From positions 32,001 through 96,000 of the forward strand of contig CP084166.1 of the NCBI GenBank assembly GCA_021513695.1: a DNA stretch of 64,000 bases, in the 5' to 3' direction. Position 1 is the stretch's first letter; each line of letters starts with the position of its first letter. Below are positions 10,761-19,727 of this stretch, in pieces. The notes under the pieces are model-generated. The model ran no database searches and was not told where the DNA came from. It saw nothing but the letters and a program-made list of their open reading frames with translations. The position numbers and the translations under genes were made by a program. The stretch is from Candidatus Heimdallarchaeum aukensis (GTDB taxonomy: Archaea > Asgardarchaeota > Heimdallarchaeia > Heimdallarchaeales > Heimdallarchaeaceae).

Positions 10761-10898
10761 TAAATTTTCAAAAGACTTTTTACCCTAAAAATCTTACTTT
10801 CATTTACGAAGATAAAAATATTTTAGCCTTTATTCTTCAGAAAAAGAGTCTTCGTTATACCAATAATTACAAATATATCTAATTCTGGAGTATTTCAT

Positions 10899-12053
10899 AT
10901 GATTAATAAAAGAAAAAAAATATTGATGCTTGTTTTGAGTACAGTTAACCCCGATGTCAGAGTAGAAAAAGAAGCAAGATATTTGGCATCAAAAAATTTT
11001 GATGTTTCTGTTATTGGAATAACAAGACCAAGTTTAGATTTACCAAAAAAAGAAGAAAGAGATGGTTATACTATATATAGAGTTGAAATCAAGAAAAAAT
11101 TATTTTTCAAGTATTTTGAATTTTATCGTAAAGTAAAGAAACTTGTTGGTTCTGAAGTATATGATTATATCCATTTCCATGACCTAAATGCTTTACCAGC
11201 TATTTCTAAATTAAAGAAAAATGGAAAAATATTTGTTTATGATTCTCATGAAAACTTCCCAGAACAAATGTCTGAAACTTTTGGTTTACCCGCTCAAATA
11301 GTTTATACTTGGGTAGAACGACATTTCATCAAAAAAGTTGATTATGTTTTTACACCAGGAAAGACTTATTCAAATTTACTTGAGAAAAAATACAAAGTTA
11401 AAGCTTCAGTTATTTCTAACTATCCTTCAAAAGAGGATGTAGATAAAGGCCATGAGATTGAAATTCCTAAAGAGTTAGAAAAAAAAGCCAGATTTCGAGT
11501 AGTCTATTTTGGAGTAATGTATGCAAATTTAGGATACGATGTTACAGTAGAAGTAGCAAAACTTATACGAGATCATTATAATTTGAAGCCTTCAGATATA
11601 GATTTTCTCATAATAGGTGACGGTTCTGCATATGAACCAATGAAAAAGATGATAGAAGAAGAAAAGCTCTCTCCTTATTTTATTCTAACAGGATGGATGG
11701 ATTATCATTTAGCACTTTCTGTGTTAAGAACAAGTGATGTAGGACTCATTCTCTTCCAACCAGGAAAAAACAATTTTAGGCGAATTCCTAATAGACTATA
11801 TGAGTATTTTTCAGCTGGGGTTCCTTTTATTGGTTCAGATTTTGAAGGATTAAGAGAAGGAGCAAAGTATGATAAACAACTAGGTTTCTTTGTTAATCCT
11901 CAGTCTCCAGAAAAAATAGCAGAGAGAATAATTAAATTGTTTAAAGATACAAAAACGTTAGAACAACTAAAGAAAAACGCTGAAGAAGCATACAAAACTA
12001 GATTTAATTGGGAAACTGAAATAAAGAAAATAGATAAAATCTATAAAAAGTAA
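10899..12053 (+). CDS. Glycosyltransferase (GT-B fold, GT4-like).
   Basis: Size and layout fit the family. A C-terminal EYFSAGVPFIGSDFEGLRE motif (E-x7-E-like) is present. The N-terminal Rossmann half has an HFHD motif. Confidence 0.65.
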   Translation: MINKRKKILMLVLSTVNPDVRVEKEARYLASKNFDVSVIGITRPSLDLPKKEERDGYTIYRVEIKKKLFFKYFEFYRKVKKLVGSEVYDYIHFHDLNALPAISKLKKNGKIFVYDSHENFPEQMSETFGLPAQIVYTWVERHFIKKVDYVFTPGKTYSNLLEKKYKVKASVISNYPSKEDVDKGHEIEIPKELEKKARFRVVYFGVMYANLGYDVTVEVAKLIRDHYNLKPSDIDFLIIGDGSAYEPMKKMIEEEKLSPYFILTGWMDYHLALSVLRTSDVGLILFQPGKNNFRRIPNRLYEYFSAGVPFIGSDFEGLREGAKYDKQLGFFVNPQSPEKIAERIIKLFKDTKTLEQLKKNAEEAYKTRFNWETEIKKIDKIYKK

Positions 12054-12073
12054 AAGTTAATCAAAATACTTGT

Positions 12074-12928
12074 TTAAAACCAACTTATTACATTGTATAT
12101 TTGTTCTTCTACATCTTTTACTTTATCACTTATTTCTGATACATCATTTATTGAATCGAAGAATTTGTTCAAAATGTTTCTTATTTTTTCTATACCATGT
12201 GCAATATCTTGATATTCAAAAGGATAAGCTAGAGCAACAATACAATAATCCTTACCTTCTAATCTCTTATCTAATTGATTTTTGTCTTTAACAATATATA
12301 GAAGACTTGTAGCATAATAGTCTCTCATTTTAGGGATTCTAACAGGCCCCGAGATTATGGATGAACTTTCAAGTTTATCTATCTCTCCCATTCCAAACAA
12401 AGTGTAAAGCATAACGCCCAAGGATAAAATGACTGTTTCTTTTATGTCTTCATATTCTTCTGGAATTCTGTTTACATATATAGGTTCAGTTCCAGAGGTT
12501 CCAAAACGATAAAAAGCTAAGAATATTTTGTTTTTATCATAACGAGATTTCTTTTTTTTGATGTTTTCAATAATTTCTGGTATTTTACTGAAAAATCTTC
12601 CTCTTTTCACAATATAATCTTGAGCGCCCATTTTCATAGCTTTGACAGCTACTTCTTCAGATCCTTGTCCTGTAATTATAAGGACAGGAATATCAGTTAT
12701 TTTTCTGATCTCTTCCAAAATGTCCAAACCTGTAATGTCTCCTAAAAGATAGTCTAGCAATATTATATCGAAGTCATATTTATATTCTTGAAGAATGTTT
12801 AATGCCTCTTCTTTTGTCTGAGTTATATGTACTTCTACATCATGAAAAGCCTTAATTATATTGATTTTGATAAGAAAGGCTATGTCACTGTCATCCTCCA
12901 CAAGTAGTACACGTAGATCATTAGACAT
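12074..12928 (-). CDS. Response regulator with a CheY-like receiver domain and a roughly 150-aa C-terminal alpha/beta domain of unknown family (longin/roadblock-like pattern).
   Basis: - Receiver motifs: LLVEDD, ILLDYLLGDITG (phospho-acceptor Asp), LIITGQG, KMGAQDYIVK.
- I prefer the ATG at 12928 (GAGGA 8-12 nt upstream) over the GTG at 12958.
- The C-terminal domain has no motif I can name. Confidence 0.75.
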   Translation of the reverse strand: MSNDLRVLLVEDDSDIAFLIKINIIKAFHDVEVHITQTKEEALNILQEYKYDFDIILLDYLLGDITGLDILEEIRKITDIPVLIITGQGSEEVAVKAMKMGAQDYIVKRGRFFSKIPEIIENIKKKKSRYDKNKIFLAFYRFGTSGTEPIYVNRIPEEYEDIKETVILSLGVMLYTLFGMGEIDKLESSSIISGPVRIPKMRDYYATSLLYIVKDKNQLDKRLEGKDYCIVALAYPFEYQDIAHGIEKIRNILNKFFDSINDVSEISDKVKDVEEQIYNVISWF

Positions 12929-13100
12929 TGTTTGTTCCTCGAAGTATAAGAAATACACTTTCTTTCCTTTATAATAAAATATAAATTATAAGTTTTAACA
13001 TTTGTGGAATTTCTCATGTATTATGATTCTTTTTTTTGTAGTATGCTTCTAATCTTATGCAAAAGTGAAAGTTTTAATACTTTTTTTATTAATGAAGGCT

Positions 13101-13164
13101 GATGGGTTGAGGATTGTCATGCACTACGTTGATATGTGATAGAAGCTTAGGGATGAAACCCATC
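13101..13164. other. GC-rich hairpin-closed element in the GTPase/response-regulator intergenic region. It could be a candidate small RNA or a 24-codon small ORF on the minus strand.
   Basis: GATGGGTT (13101-13108) pairs with AACCCATC (13157-13164). This is a local GC island inside AT-rich spacer. The minus strand reads ATG GGT TTC ... CAT TAA (MGFIPKLLSHINVVHDNPQPISLH). Confidence 0.3.
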
Positions 13165-13261
13165 TTTCTATTTTAATTAATAAAGAAACTGATTTTTTCT
13201 TGTTTTAAATTTTTATTTAAATTTAGCTAACTACTTTATTTAAATAAAAGTTATTATAGGC

Positions 13262-14227
13262 TTAATGTTCAATAAATTCTTTCTCGCTTATAACTTTACA
13301 TGTTAATGTTTTAGCAGCAAAAGGTATGAAACTTTTTTCTAGCTCCTTTTTAACCTTTTCAAAAATCAAATAGCGATTTTCTTCACTTGTTAGATCCAAA
13401 GTAATGATTTCAGTTAAATTTTCTATTAATGTAAGCAAAGGACCTTTTTCTATTAGTACATACTCTGTTGTTACTAATAAAGCAATGTTATGATAACTAA
13501 TAAACAGTAGTTTATATTCCTCAAAGTTAATTTCTTCCATTGAACTAAGTTGTTTTTTGTTTGTTGAATTTAGCCACTTATTCTCATAAGCACTAATTAT
13601 GTTCTTAACTTTTTCTCTGGTTCTTGTATTATCGTGTATATGAAGATTAACTCCGTCTTTTTTAATGAAAATATCTACCGATAAAATGTTTGGCATTAAT
13701 CCTGTTTTTTTACTAACCAACTTGCTTATTAACCAATTCATCGCATCGCTTATGTATTCGCCTGTTTTGACTGAAATGAAAAAGAATCGAAAACTCATCT
13801 GACTTTCAATTGAAATTAATTTGTTAAGTTCAAATCCTTTAACAATTTCTTCAATAACTCTTTCTTTTTCTGTAATTAAGTCCATCTTATTACCTAGAAA
13901 AAGCACTGGTATATCTTTGTTTTTTATCCATTCTAAAATAGTATAGAACCATTCTTTACTTTCTGGTAAACTTTCTAAATTTGAAGCGTCAAAAATGAAA
14001 ATTAAAGCAGAGGAAAGATTAATGTAATTTTTCCAAATGTGCTTTCTGAATGCTTGGTGTCCCCCCATATCCCAAATTTGAAGGGGAAAACCTTGGTACT
14101 CGGTAAATTCTACATCAACACCTAAAGTCGGAGGAGAAGAAACAAAGGTTCCCGATAGTAACCTTTGGGTAAAGCTAGATTTTCCGGCTTGTGGAAGGCC
14201 AGTTATAGCAATAGAGAATCTTGTCAT
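13262..14227 (-). CDS. Small GTPase of the Arf/Rag-like class with a roughly 140-aa C-terminal alpha/beta extension.
   Basis: - G1: GLPQAGKSS.
- G3: WDMGGHQ (compare Arf WDVGGQ and Rag WDCGGQ).
- G4: GNKMD.
- The ATG at 14227 is preferred over the GTG at 14251 because it places the P-loop about 10 aa from the N-terminus. Confidence 0.8.
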   Translation of the reverse strand: MTRFSIAITGLPQAGKSSFTQRLLSGTFVSSPPTLGVDVEFTEYQGFPLQIWDMGGHQAFRKHIWKNYINLSSALIFIFDASNLESLPESKEWFYTILEWIKNKDIPVLFLGNKMDLITEKERVIEEIVKGFELNKLISIESQMSFRFFFISVKTGEYISDAMNWLISKLVSKKTGLMPNILSVDIFIKKDGVNLHIHDNTRTREKVKNIISAYENKWLNSTNKKQLSSMEEINFEEYKLLFISYHNIALLVTTEYVLIEKGPLLTLIENLTEIITLDLTSEENRYLIFEKVKKELEKSFIPFAAKTLTCKVISEKEFIEH

Positions 14228-14376
14228 TTTTGAGTTCACTTCAATTAGCACTAAAAACTATCTTTAATTTGTTATAAAAGTTTAGTTATTTATAATAGTA
14301 GTTCAATTAATTCTTTAAAATTCTAAATTTATCATGTTAAAGAGAACATATAATTGAAAAATAAAAAATCATAATT

Positions 14377-14844
14377 CTATAATTTAGTCTTTTGTTCAAC
14401 TTTAACATCGATGGGTATTCCTTCTTCAATACTAGTTGAAGCTATACAATAGTTTCTAAAAATTTTCAAACACTGATCTAGTTTTTGCTTATCTTCTTCT
14501 GGAATATTTAAAACAGGATTAATTTCTACTTCTATCTTTTTAATTCTCCAAAAACCTTCTTCATTTCTTTGTCTTGTGAGCTTAACTTTTGTCTTTAAAT
14601 CTTTAATTTCTGCTCTTTTTTTCATCATACAGAAAGTTAAGGATGCAGATAAGCAATTACCGACTGCTGCTGCGATTAACATTGAAGCTGTTGGTCCAAG
14701 TTCTTCTCCTCCCGGAACAGATTTATCTTCGTCCATGAGTAAGTTAGGAATAGTTTCTTTTCCAAAATCAACAATGAATTTGAAATTGCTAATTCGACTC
14801 AAATTTAGTTCATATTCAAAACTTTTTTGCTTTTTTTCAGTCAT
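14377..14844 (-). CDS. OsmC/Ohr-family protein.
   Basis: GPTASMLIAAAVGNCLSASLTFCM is the OsmC signature with its Cys. A second Cys lies in NYCIAST. Size is about 155 aa. Confidence 0.7.
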   Translation of the reverse strand: MTEKKQKSFEYELNLSRISNFKFIVDFGKETIPNLLMDEDKSVPGGEELGPTASMLIAAAVGNCLSASLTFCMMKKRAEIKDLKTKVKLTRQRNEEGFWRIKKIEVEINPVLNIPEEDKQKLDQCLKIFRNYCIASTSIEEGIPIDVKVEQKTKL

Positions 14845-14966
14845 ATGTTTGTTTTGGACATACCTTTTTTATGCATTTTGAAATTTCAAATAATGATGCT
14901 TTGAGAAATTTTTTGTTCAAAATAAATATTAAAAAGGGAGTGTTTTAACAAAAACATGAAAAGAAA

Positions 14967-15227
14967 ATGTCATTAGTTCATCCTTTCGCTAAATCAATAA
15001 TTCAGAATTGTCAAAAAGATAATAGTTGGTTGATTATGCTTAAATGGTCAAAAATTGATGAAGTAAAGAAAATACTTGAAGACAGATGCGACTTTATAAG
15101 TAGTGTTGGCAGTTTTATATTAAAATACAAGTATAAAGGAGTTGACATTTCTTTTTACAAAAATGGTAAACTTATTTTCACTAATGTAGAAAATATTGAA
15201 ATTATTATAAAAGATCTATTAGGTTAA
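14967..15227 (+). CDS. Hypothetical small protein located 4 nt upstream of iscS.
   Basis: The ORF is tightly packed with iscS. The C-terminal YKNGKLIFTN is reminiscent of the TBP-like YxSGKvlfQG motif of the RNase HIII N-domain. This is a weak by-eye similarity only. Confidence 0.4.
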   Translation: MSLVHPFAKSIIQNCQKDNSWLIMLKWSKIDEVKKILEDRCDFISSVGSFILKYKYKGVDISFYKNGKLIFTNVENIEIIIKDLLG

Positions 15228-15231
15228 AAAA

Positions 15232-16443
15232 ATGAAGAAAGTAGATGGATTGTTAGAAGAACATGGGCGTTCTAAGATAGAAGTATATGTTGACTGGGAA
15301 AATGGAAATTATGTTCCAAAAGAAGTATTTGAAGCAATGAAACCTTTTTATCTAGAGCGAGGTTTTGCTAATCCTGCCATAACACATCGTTTAGGTTGGG
15401 AAACTTACGAACTTTATGTAGAAACAAAAGAAAAATTAGTTCAACCTTTGAATATTTCTCCTCAGGATTTCTATATTACACATGGTTTAACTGAATCCAA
15501 TAATATTGCTATTCGAGGGGTTGCCAAAGCAAATAAAAAGAGAAAGAAAATAATTACTTCTTCTGTAGAACATCTAAGTGTTATTCATTCTAGCAGATTC
15601 ATGGAAAGTCAAGGATATAAGATAGAAGAGATACCTGTATATAGTAATGGAATTATTGATTTAGACAGATTACAAGACATAATTGACGAAGAAACGCTTA
15701 TAGTAAGTGTGCAGTTAGCAAATCATGAAATTGGTTCAATTCAACCATTACGCGAAGTTATTGAAATCGTGAAGGACAAGAATAAGGATATTCTTGTTCA
15801 CTCTGATATGTCTGCAGCTTTTGGAAGAATGAAAATTGATCTAAACAAATTAGATATTGATTTAGCTACATTTGACAGTTCAAAGATTTTAGGTCCTAAA
15901 GGCGTTGGAGGTCTATTCGTAAAAGAAGGGGTACATGTTAAACCATTGCTTGAAGGTCAATTAAGTGTCGAAATTCTCTCTCCTGAAGTAGAAATTATGC
16001 CCTTGATTGCAGGTTTTGCAAAAGCAGTTGAATTACAATTTGAGAACTTTGATGAACATATTTCGAGTTTAACTAAATTAAGAAACAAACTTCTATATGG
16101 TCTTTATACAACTATTCCAAAAACATTAATTAATGGAGCAGAGGGTGAAAAGAGAATAGCTGATAATGTCAATTTAAGCTTCATAGGTTGTGAGGGCGAA
16201 GCTTTAACAGTAGAATGTAGCATGAATGGTATTTATACCTCAAGTGGAAGCGCGTGTTCTAGTAGAATTCTAATGCCAAGTCATATCTTAACAGCAATAG
16301 GTAGGCGACCAGAGGAAGCCCATGGTAGCCTTTTAATGAAGATAAGTCGTCTAAATACAGAAGCGCAAATTGAGTATATTTTAGAAACAATGCCTAAAGT
16401 AGTTACAAGACTTAGAAAAATTACAGGAAGTATTGAGCTATAG
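15232..16443 (+). CDS. iscS: Cysteine desulfurase (class V aminotransferase, IscS/NifS-like).
   Basis: FDSSKILGPKGVGGLFV aligns to SGHKIYGPKGIGALYV and retains the PLP lysine. SSGSACSS is the catalytic Cys loop. The adjacent gene is iscU. Confidence 0.85.
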   Translation: MKKVDGLLEEHGRSKIEVYVDWENGNYVPKEVFEAMKPFYLERGFANPAITHRLGWETYELYVETKEKLVQPLNISPQDFYITHGLTESNNIAIRGVAKANKKRKKIITSSVEHLSVIHSSRFMESQGYKIEEIPVYSNGIIDLDRLQDIIDEETLIVSVQLANHEIGSIQPLREVIEIVKDKNKDILVHSDMSAAFGRMKIDLNKLDIDLATFDSSKILGPKGVGGLFVKEGVHVKPLLEGQLSVEILSPEVEIMPLIAGFAKAVELQFENFDEHISSLTKLRNKLLYGLYTTIPKTLINGAEGEKRIADNVNLSFIGCEGEALTVECSMNGIYTSSGSACSSRILMPSHILTAIGRRPEEAHGSLLMKISRLNTEAQIEYILETMPKVVTRLRKITGSIEL

Positions 16444-16483
16444 AAAATAATAAAAAATTAAATTAAAAGAAAAGGTGAAAAAG

Positions 16484-16987
16484 ATGTCAAGTAGAATTCC
16501 TCTACCATATTCGCAAAGAGTGATAGAACTCTTTAAGAATCCAGTAAATTTAGGAAAAATGGATGATGCAACAGTATTTGCACAAGCAGGTTCTCCAGCA
16601 TGTGGAGATATGATTGCTTTTTATCTTAAAATAGATGAAAAAAAAGAAAAAATCACAAAATCCTCTTTTGAAAGCTTTGGTTGTGCATCAAATATCGCAG
16701 CAGCAAGTGAAGTAACTATAATGATCCATAATAAAACTTTGAAAGAAGCATGGAATATCAGTTGGAAAGACGTTTCTGATGCTCTTGGAGGGTTACCAAA
16801 AATAAAAAATCACTGTGGGACTCTTGCAGTTGGTGCATTACAAAGAGCTATTAGAAAATACTATACAACCATTAAGAAAGAAATACCCGATTGGTTACCC
16901 AAAGAATACACAAAAGATGAAAAACATGCTATGGAAGAAGAAGAGTTAGCAAAGAAACTTGCCAAAAAATATAACCTTTCAATCTAG
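16484..16987 (+). CDS. iscU: IscU/NifU-like Fe-S scaffold protein.
   Basis: Three conserved Cys motifs are present: GSPACGDM, FGCASNIAA and KNHCGTLA. AGGTGA lies 6 nt upstream of the ATG at 16484. The track start at 16475 is a GTG inside that SD. Confidence 0.85.
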   Translation: MSSRIPLPYSQRVIELFKNPVNLGKMDDATVFAQAGSPACGDMIAFYLKIDEKKEKITKSSFESFGCASNIAAASEVTIMIHNKTLKEAWNISWKDVSDALGGLPKIKNHCGTLAVGALQRAIRKYYTTIKKEIPDWLPKEYTKDEKHAMEEEELAKKLAKKYNLSI

Positions 16988-17053
16988 TGTAGTTTATTTT
17001 AGTATAATGTTTTTTTTCTACTTCCAAAATTTATTTTATCGTAAATTTAAAAA

Positions 17054-17983
17054 TTAAATTGAAAGTAAAATCGAACCACAGACAATACTAACTACACCTA
17101 ATAACTGAAGTTTAGATATTTTCTCTTTTAAGAAAACAGAACCTAATAATAAAACGAAGAAAGGAGATATTGAAGAAATTGGTGTGCTTCTAGCTGCGCC
17201 AATAAGAGTAACAGCAGTGAAGAATGATATTCCTCCTGCCCCCCAAGTTACAATTCCCCCTAGTATAAGAAATGACAAATCTTTTTTGCTTGTAAGTTTT
17301 TTATCTATTTTATTAAGTTTATTTCTTAAATATGAAATACTAATCCCGATTCCAGCAATTAAAATCATTATACCATTTCTTATTCCAAGCATCGGAATAA
17401 CATTAATTCCATCAAAACTGAGAAGTATTTTAGTAAAGACTATAGTGAAACCCCATGCTAAAGCTGCTAATATTGCGAATATCATCCCTTGTAAATTATT
17501 TCTCTTTTCTTCTTGAGATTTTTCTAAACCATTTTCATCTTTTCTGTTTGTTTGAAAAGAAATAATTCCTGCACCAATCACATTTAACAATGTACCAATT
17601 ATTATTTGTGTTGTGACTTTCTCAATTCCTCCAATTAAGAGTATTATATTTGTAAATAATGGATAAGTAGCAGAAATAGGTTGTGATATTGAAGCGTCTA
17701 GTTTTTTCATTGAGAAAAGAGAAAAAAAATCGCCTAATGTAATTGTAATTGCTGAGAGAATTAACCACAAGCTTGCTTCGCCTTTAAAGAAAACTGTTAA
17801 TGATTCAATTCCATAAAGTAGAACTGATATTGTTATGATTAATGGAATAGCCACTAGTCCTCTCAAGAATGTTGCAGTTAAAGGATCAGTACTTTTTACT
17901 CCTAGTTTATATGTGATAAATCCTATTCCCCAACCAAAGGCTGCTAAAAAGGATAAACCTATTCCTAAAGCGAAGGCTGTCAT
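17054..17983 (-). CDS. EamA/DMT-family transporter.
   Basis: Ten predicted TM helices arranged as two 5-TM halves. Size is about 309 aa. Confidence 0.65.
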   Translation of the reverse strand: MTAFALGIGLSFLAAFGWGIGFITYKLGVKSTDPLTATFLRGLVAIPLIITISVLLYGIESLTVFFKGEASLWLILSAITITLGDFFSLFSMKKLDASISQPISATYPLFTNIILLIGGIEKVTTQIIIGTLLNVIGAGIISFQTNRKDENGLEKSQEEKRNNLQGMIFAILAALAWGFTIVFTKILLSFDGINVIPMLGIRNGIMILIAGIGISISYLRNKLNKIDKKLTSKKDLSFLILGGIVTWGAGGISFFTAVTLIGAARSTPISSISPFFVLLLGSVFLKEKISKLQLLGVVSIVCGSILLSI

Positions 17984-18036
17984 TTTTCAAAAAAAGAAAA
18001 AACAATTCGTTAAAAAATGTTTTGAAATAGCAAATA

Positions 18037-18612
18037 TTAGATTTTTGAAATTGAGATTATCTTTTGAACGATGTCATCTAAATTGTTACCAACTGCTAAA
18101 ATACCATGATCACGAAGAATTACAAAATCATTGCTTCCTAAAGCTTTAGTAGCTTCTCTTGCTAATTCCCAAGTTCCATATGGATAAGATTCTTTTGTGA
18201 TTGGAAATCTATTAAGTAGTTGTAATTTTTCAAGATTTGGTAGATGTAAATGTAGACAATATCTTACATCTGGACGATTTTGATAAACTTGTAAATGCAT
18301 TGGTGTTTCACTACTTGGTATCTTGGAACCATAATACCTGATAATGTCTCCACCTAGAGTATTTTCTACAACTTTAGAAAGATCTTGGGGAACCATAAGA
18401 TTCTTTAATTTTGAGCGAGTTGCAGAAATTAAAATTCCATCACTTAATCTCGCAGAAATATTTCCTGTCACTCCTTCAAGAGTCTCAGGAGGTAATTCAG
18501 AAAGAGCTTTTTGAAGTTGTAATGCTATTTCATTTAATGAACTGTTGAACTCCAATTCTCCCTCTTTCACGTGCCTAAACTTGACACCTACATATTCTTC
18601 AGTATAACCCAT
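18037..18612 (-). CDS. Class II aldolase/adducin-domain protein.
   Basis: GNISARL, SSETPMHLQVYQNRPDVRYCLHLHLP (metal-binding His cluster) and LRDHGILAVG motifs are all present. Confidence 0.75.
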   Translation of the reverse strand: MGYTEEYVGVKFRHVKEGELEFNSSLNEIALQLQKALSELPPETLEGVTGNISARLSDGILISATRSKLKNLMVPQDLSKVVENTLGGDIIRYYGSKIPSSETPMHLQVYQNRPDVRYCLHLHLPNLEKLQLLNRFPITKESYPYGTWELAREATKALGSNDFVILRDHGILAVGNNLDDIVQKIISISKI

Positions 18613-18809
18613 GTTTTATTCACCTATTTCTTTAATACGTGTTATTAATACATATTAGTTTCGGTTTACATATTAACAGCTTATATAATAAATATAATAA
18701 TATTATGATTAAGAATCATATTTATAAATTAATCTAAATCATATTTAATAAAATATGTGTGATTGTAAAAGAGTTTTTAAAGAGTGATTTATAGCTTAGT
18801 GTGATATAA

Positions 18810-19148
18810 ATGAGTAGAAAAATTCCAATGAAAGTTGAAAGAAAGGAAGAAACTCCACAATATTATGCAGAAAGTGTTCAGGTAGTTTATAATATTAGCG
18901 GATTTAAGATGATAATTTTCAATGATATTGCTGAATATTCTTCAGATTCTAGCGTGGGCCCTGAAGCATTAGTTCCTAAAACAGTGATTAAAAGAATACA
19001 AGCAGAGATCGCTCTTTCTCCACAACAGATGAAAATACTCTCTTCAGTGATAAACAATCAATTGCAAGCATATGAAAAACAATTTGGTGAAATAAAAATT
19101 CCTAATATCCAAGCGAAACATGATAGTTCAAGCGCTTCATATGTTTAA
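18810..19148 (+). CDS. DUF3467-like small protein.
   Basis: YYAESVQVVYNISGFKMIIF ... VIKRIQAEIALSPQQMKILSSVINNQLQAYEKQFGEIK follows the DUF3467 pattern (yaN...v..s..eF.ldF ... v.msp..ak.l...L...l..YE..fGeI). Confidence 0.5.
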   Translation: MSRKIPMKVERKEETPQYYAESVQVVYNISGFKMIIFNDIAEYSSDSSVGPEALVPKTVIKRIQAEIALSPQQMKILSSVINNQLQAYEKQFGEIKIPNIQAKHDSSSASYV

Positions 19149-19165
19149 AATTAAATTGTTTTCAA

Positions 19166-19564
19166 TTATTTCTCCTTTTTTCGTTTTTCTATGATTTGGT
19201 TATAAACCCTTACCAATTCATCCAAAGAGAAAGGTTTTCTTAAGAAGTATTTAATACCTAGTTCATTTACATCTTGTCTTGTTAAAGCTTCATCTGCAGT
19301 TGCAATAATTATTTGATCTTTAAGATCTGGATTTATTTCTATTATTCTCTTTGCAACTTCAATACCGGAAGTTTCAGGAATCCTATTGTCAATCAAAAAT
19401 ACTTTTTCTGAGAGTTCATCTTCTGACTCTTCAATTTTTTCTATTGCTGTTTGACCATTGTATAGTATAGTATCGACTTTTACTCCCTCTCTTTCAAATA
19501 GTAATTTATATAGATTAGTTATATCTCCTTCGTCTTCGATTATTATTAAATCTAACTTCTTCAA
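19166..19564 (-). CDS. Stand-alone CheY-like response regulator receiver.
   Basis: LIIIEDEGD, FLIDNRIPETSG (acceptor Asp), IIATAD and LRKPF motifs are present. Size is 132 aa. Confidence 0.8.
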   Translation of the reverse strand: MKKLDLIIIEDEGDITNLYKLLFEREGVKVDTILYNGQTAIEKIEESEDELSEKVFLIDNRIPETSGIEVAKRIIEINPDLKDQIIIATADEALTRQDVNELGIKYFLRKPFSLDELVRVYNQIIEKRKKEK

Positions 19565-19727
19565 TAGACCACCAGCTTCTCTAATATCGTATTACCATAA
19601 ATAGGAATATAAGATTTTCCTTTTTTTTTAACCTAATTTTAGAAAATTTAAATTCCTTTATTGATATCTATTGGAGAAAAATTAAATACTAGTTGTTTTA
19701 TTCTTCTTTGAAGTCAAAAAACTATAA

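Noticed and set aside
12070-12291. A 73-aa plus-strand ORF antisense to the response-regulator gene.
   Set aside because: It lies entirely within the C-terminal domain of a better-supported minus-strand CDS. The H/L-rich translation is typical of an antisense artefact.
13090-13165. The GC-rich element, considered as a tRNA or a C/D-box sRNA.
   Set aside because: It has no T-loop (GTTCRANYC) or cloverleaf. I could not place acceptable C (RUGAUGA) and D (CUGA) boxes at the termini on either strand. It is kept only as an unclassified hairpin / micro-ORF.
17184-18149. ORFs 17184..17516(+) and 17835..18149(+) overlapping the EamA transporter and aldolase genes.
   Set aside because: They are antisense to well-supported membrane-protein and aldolase CDSs, and their translations are low-complexity.
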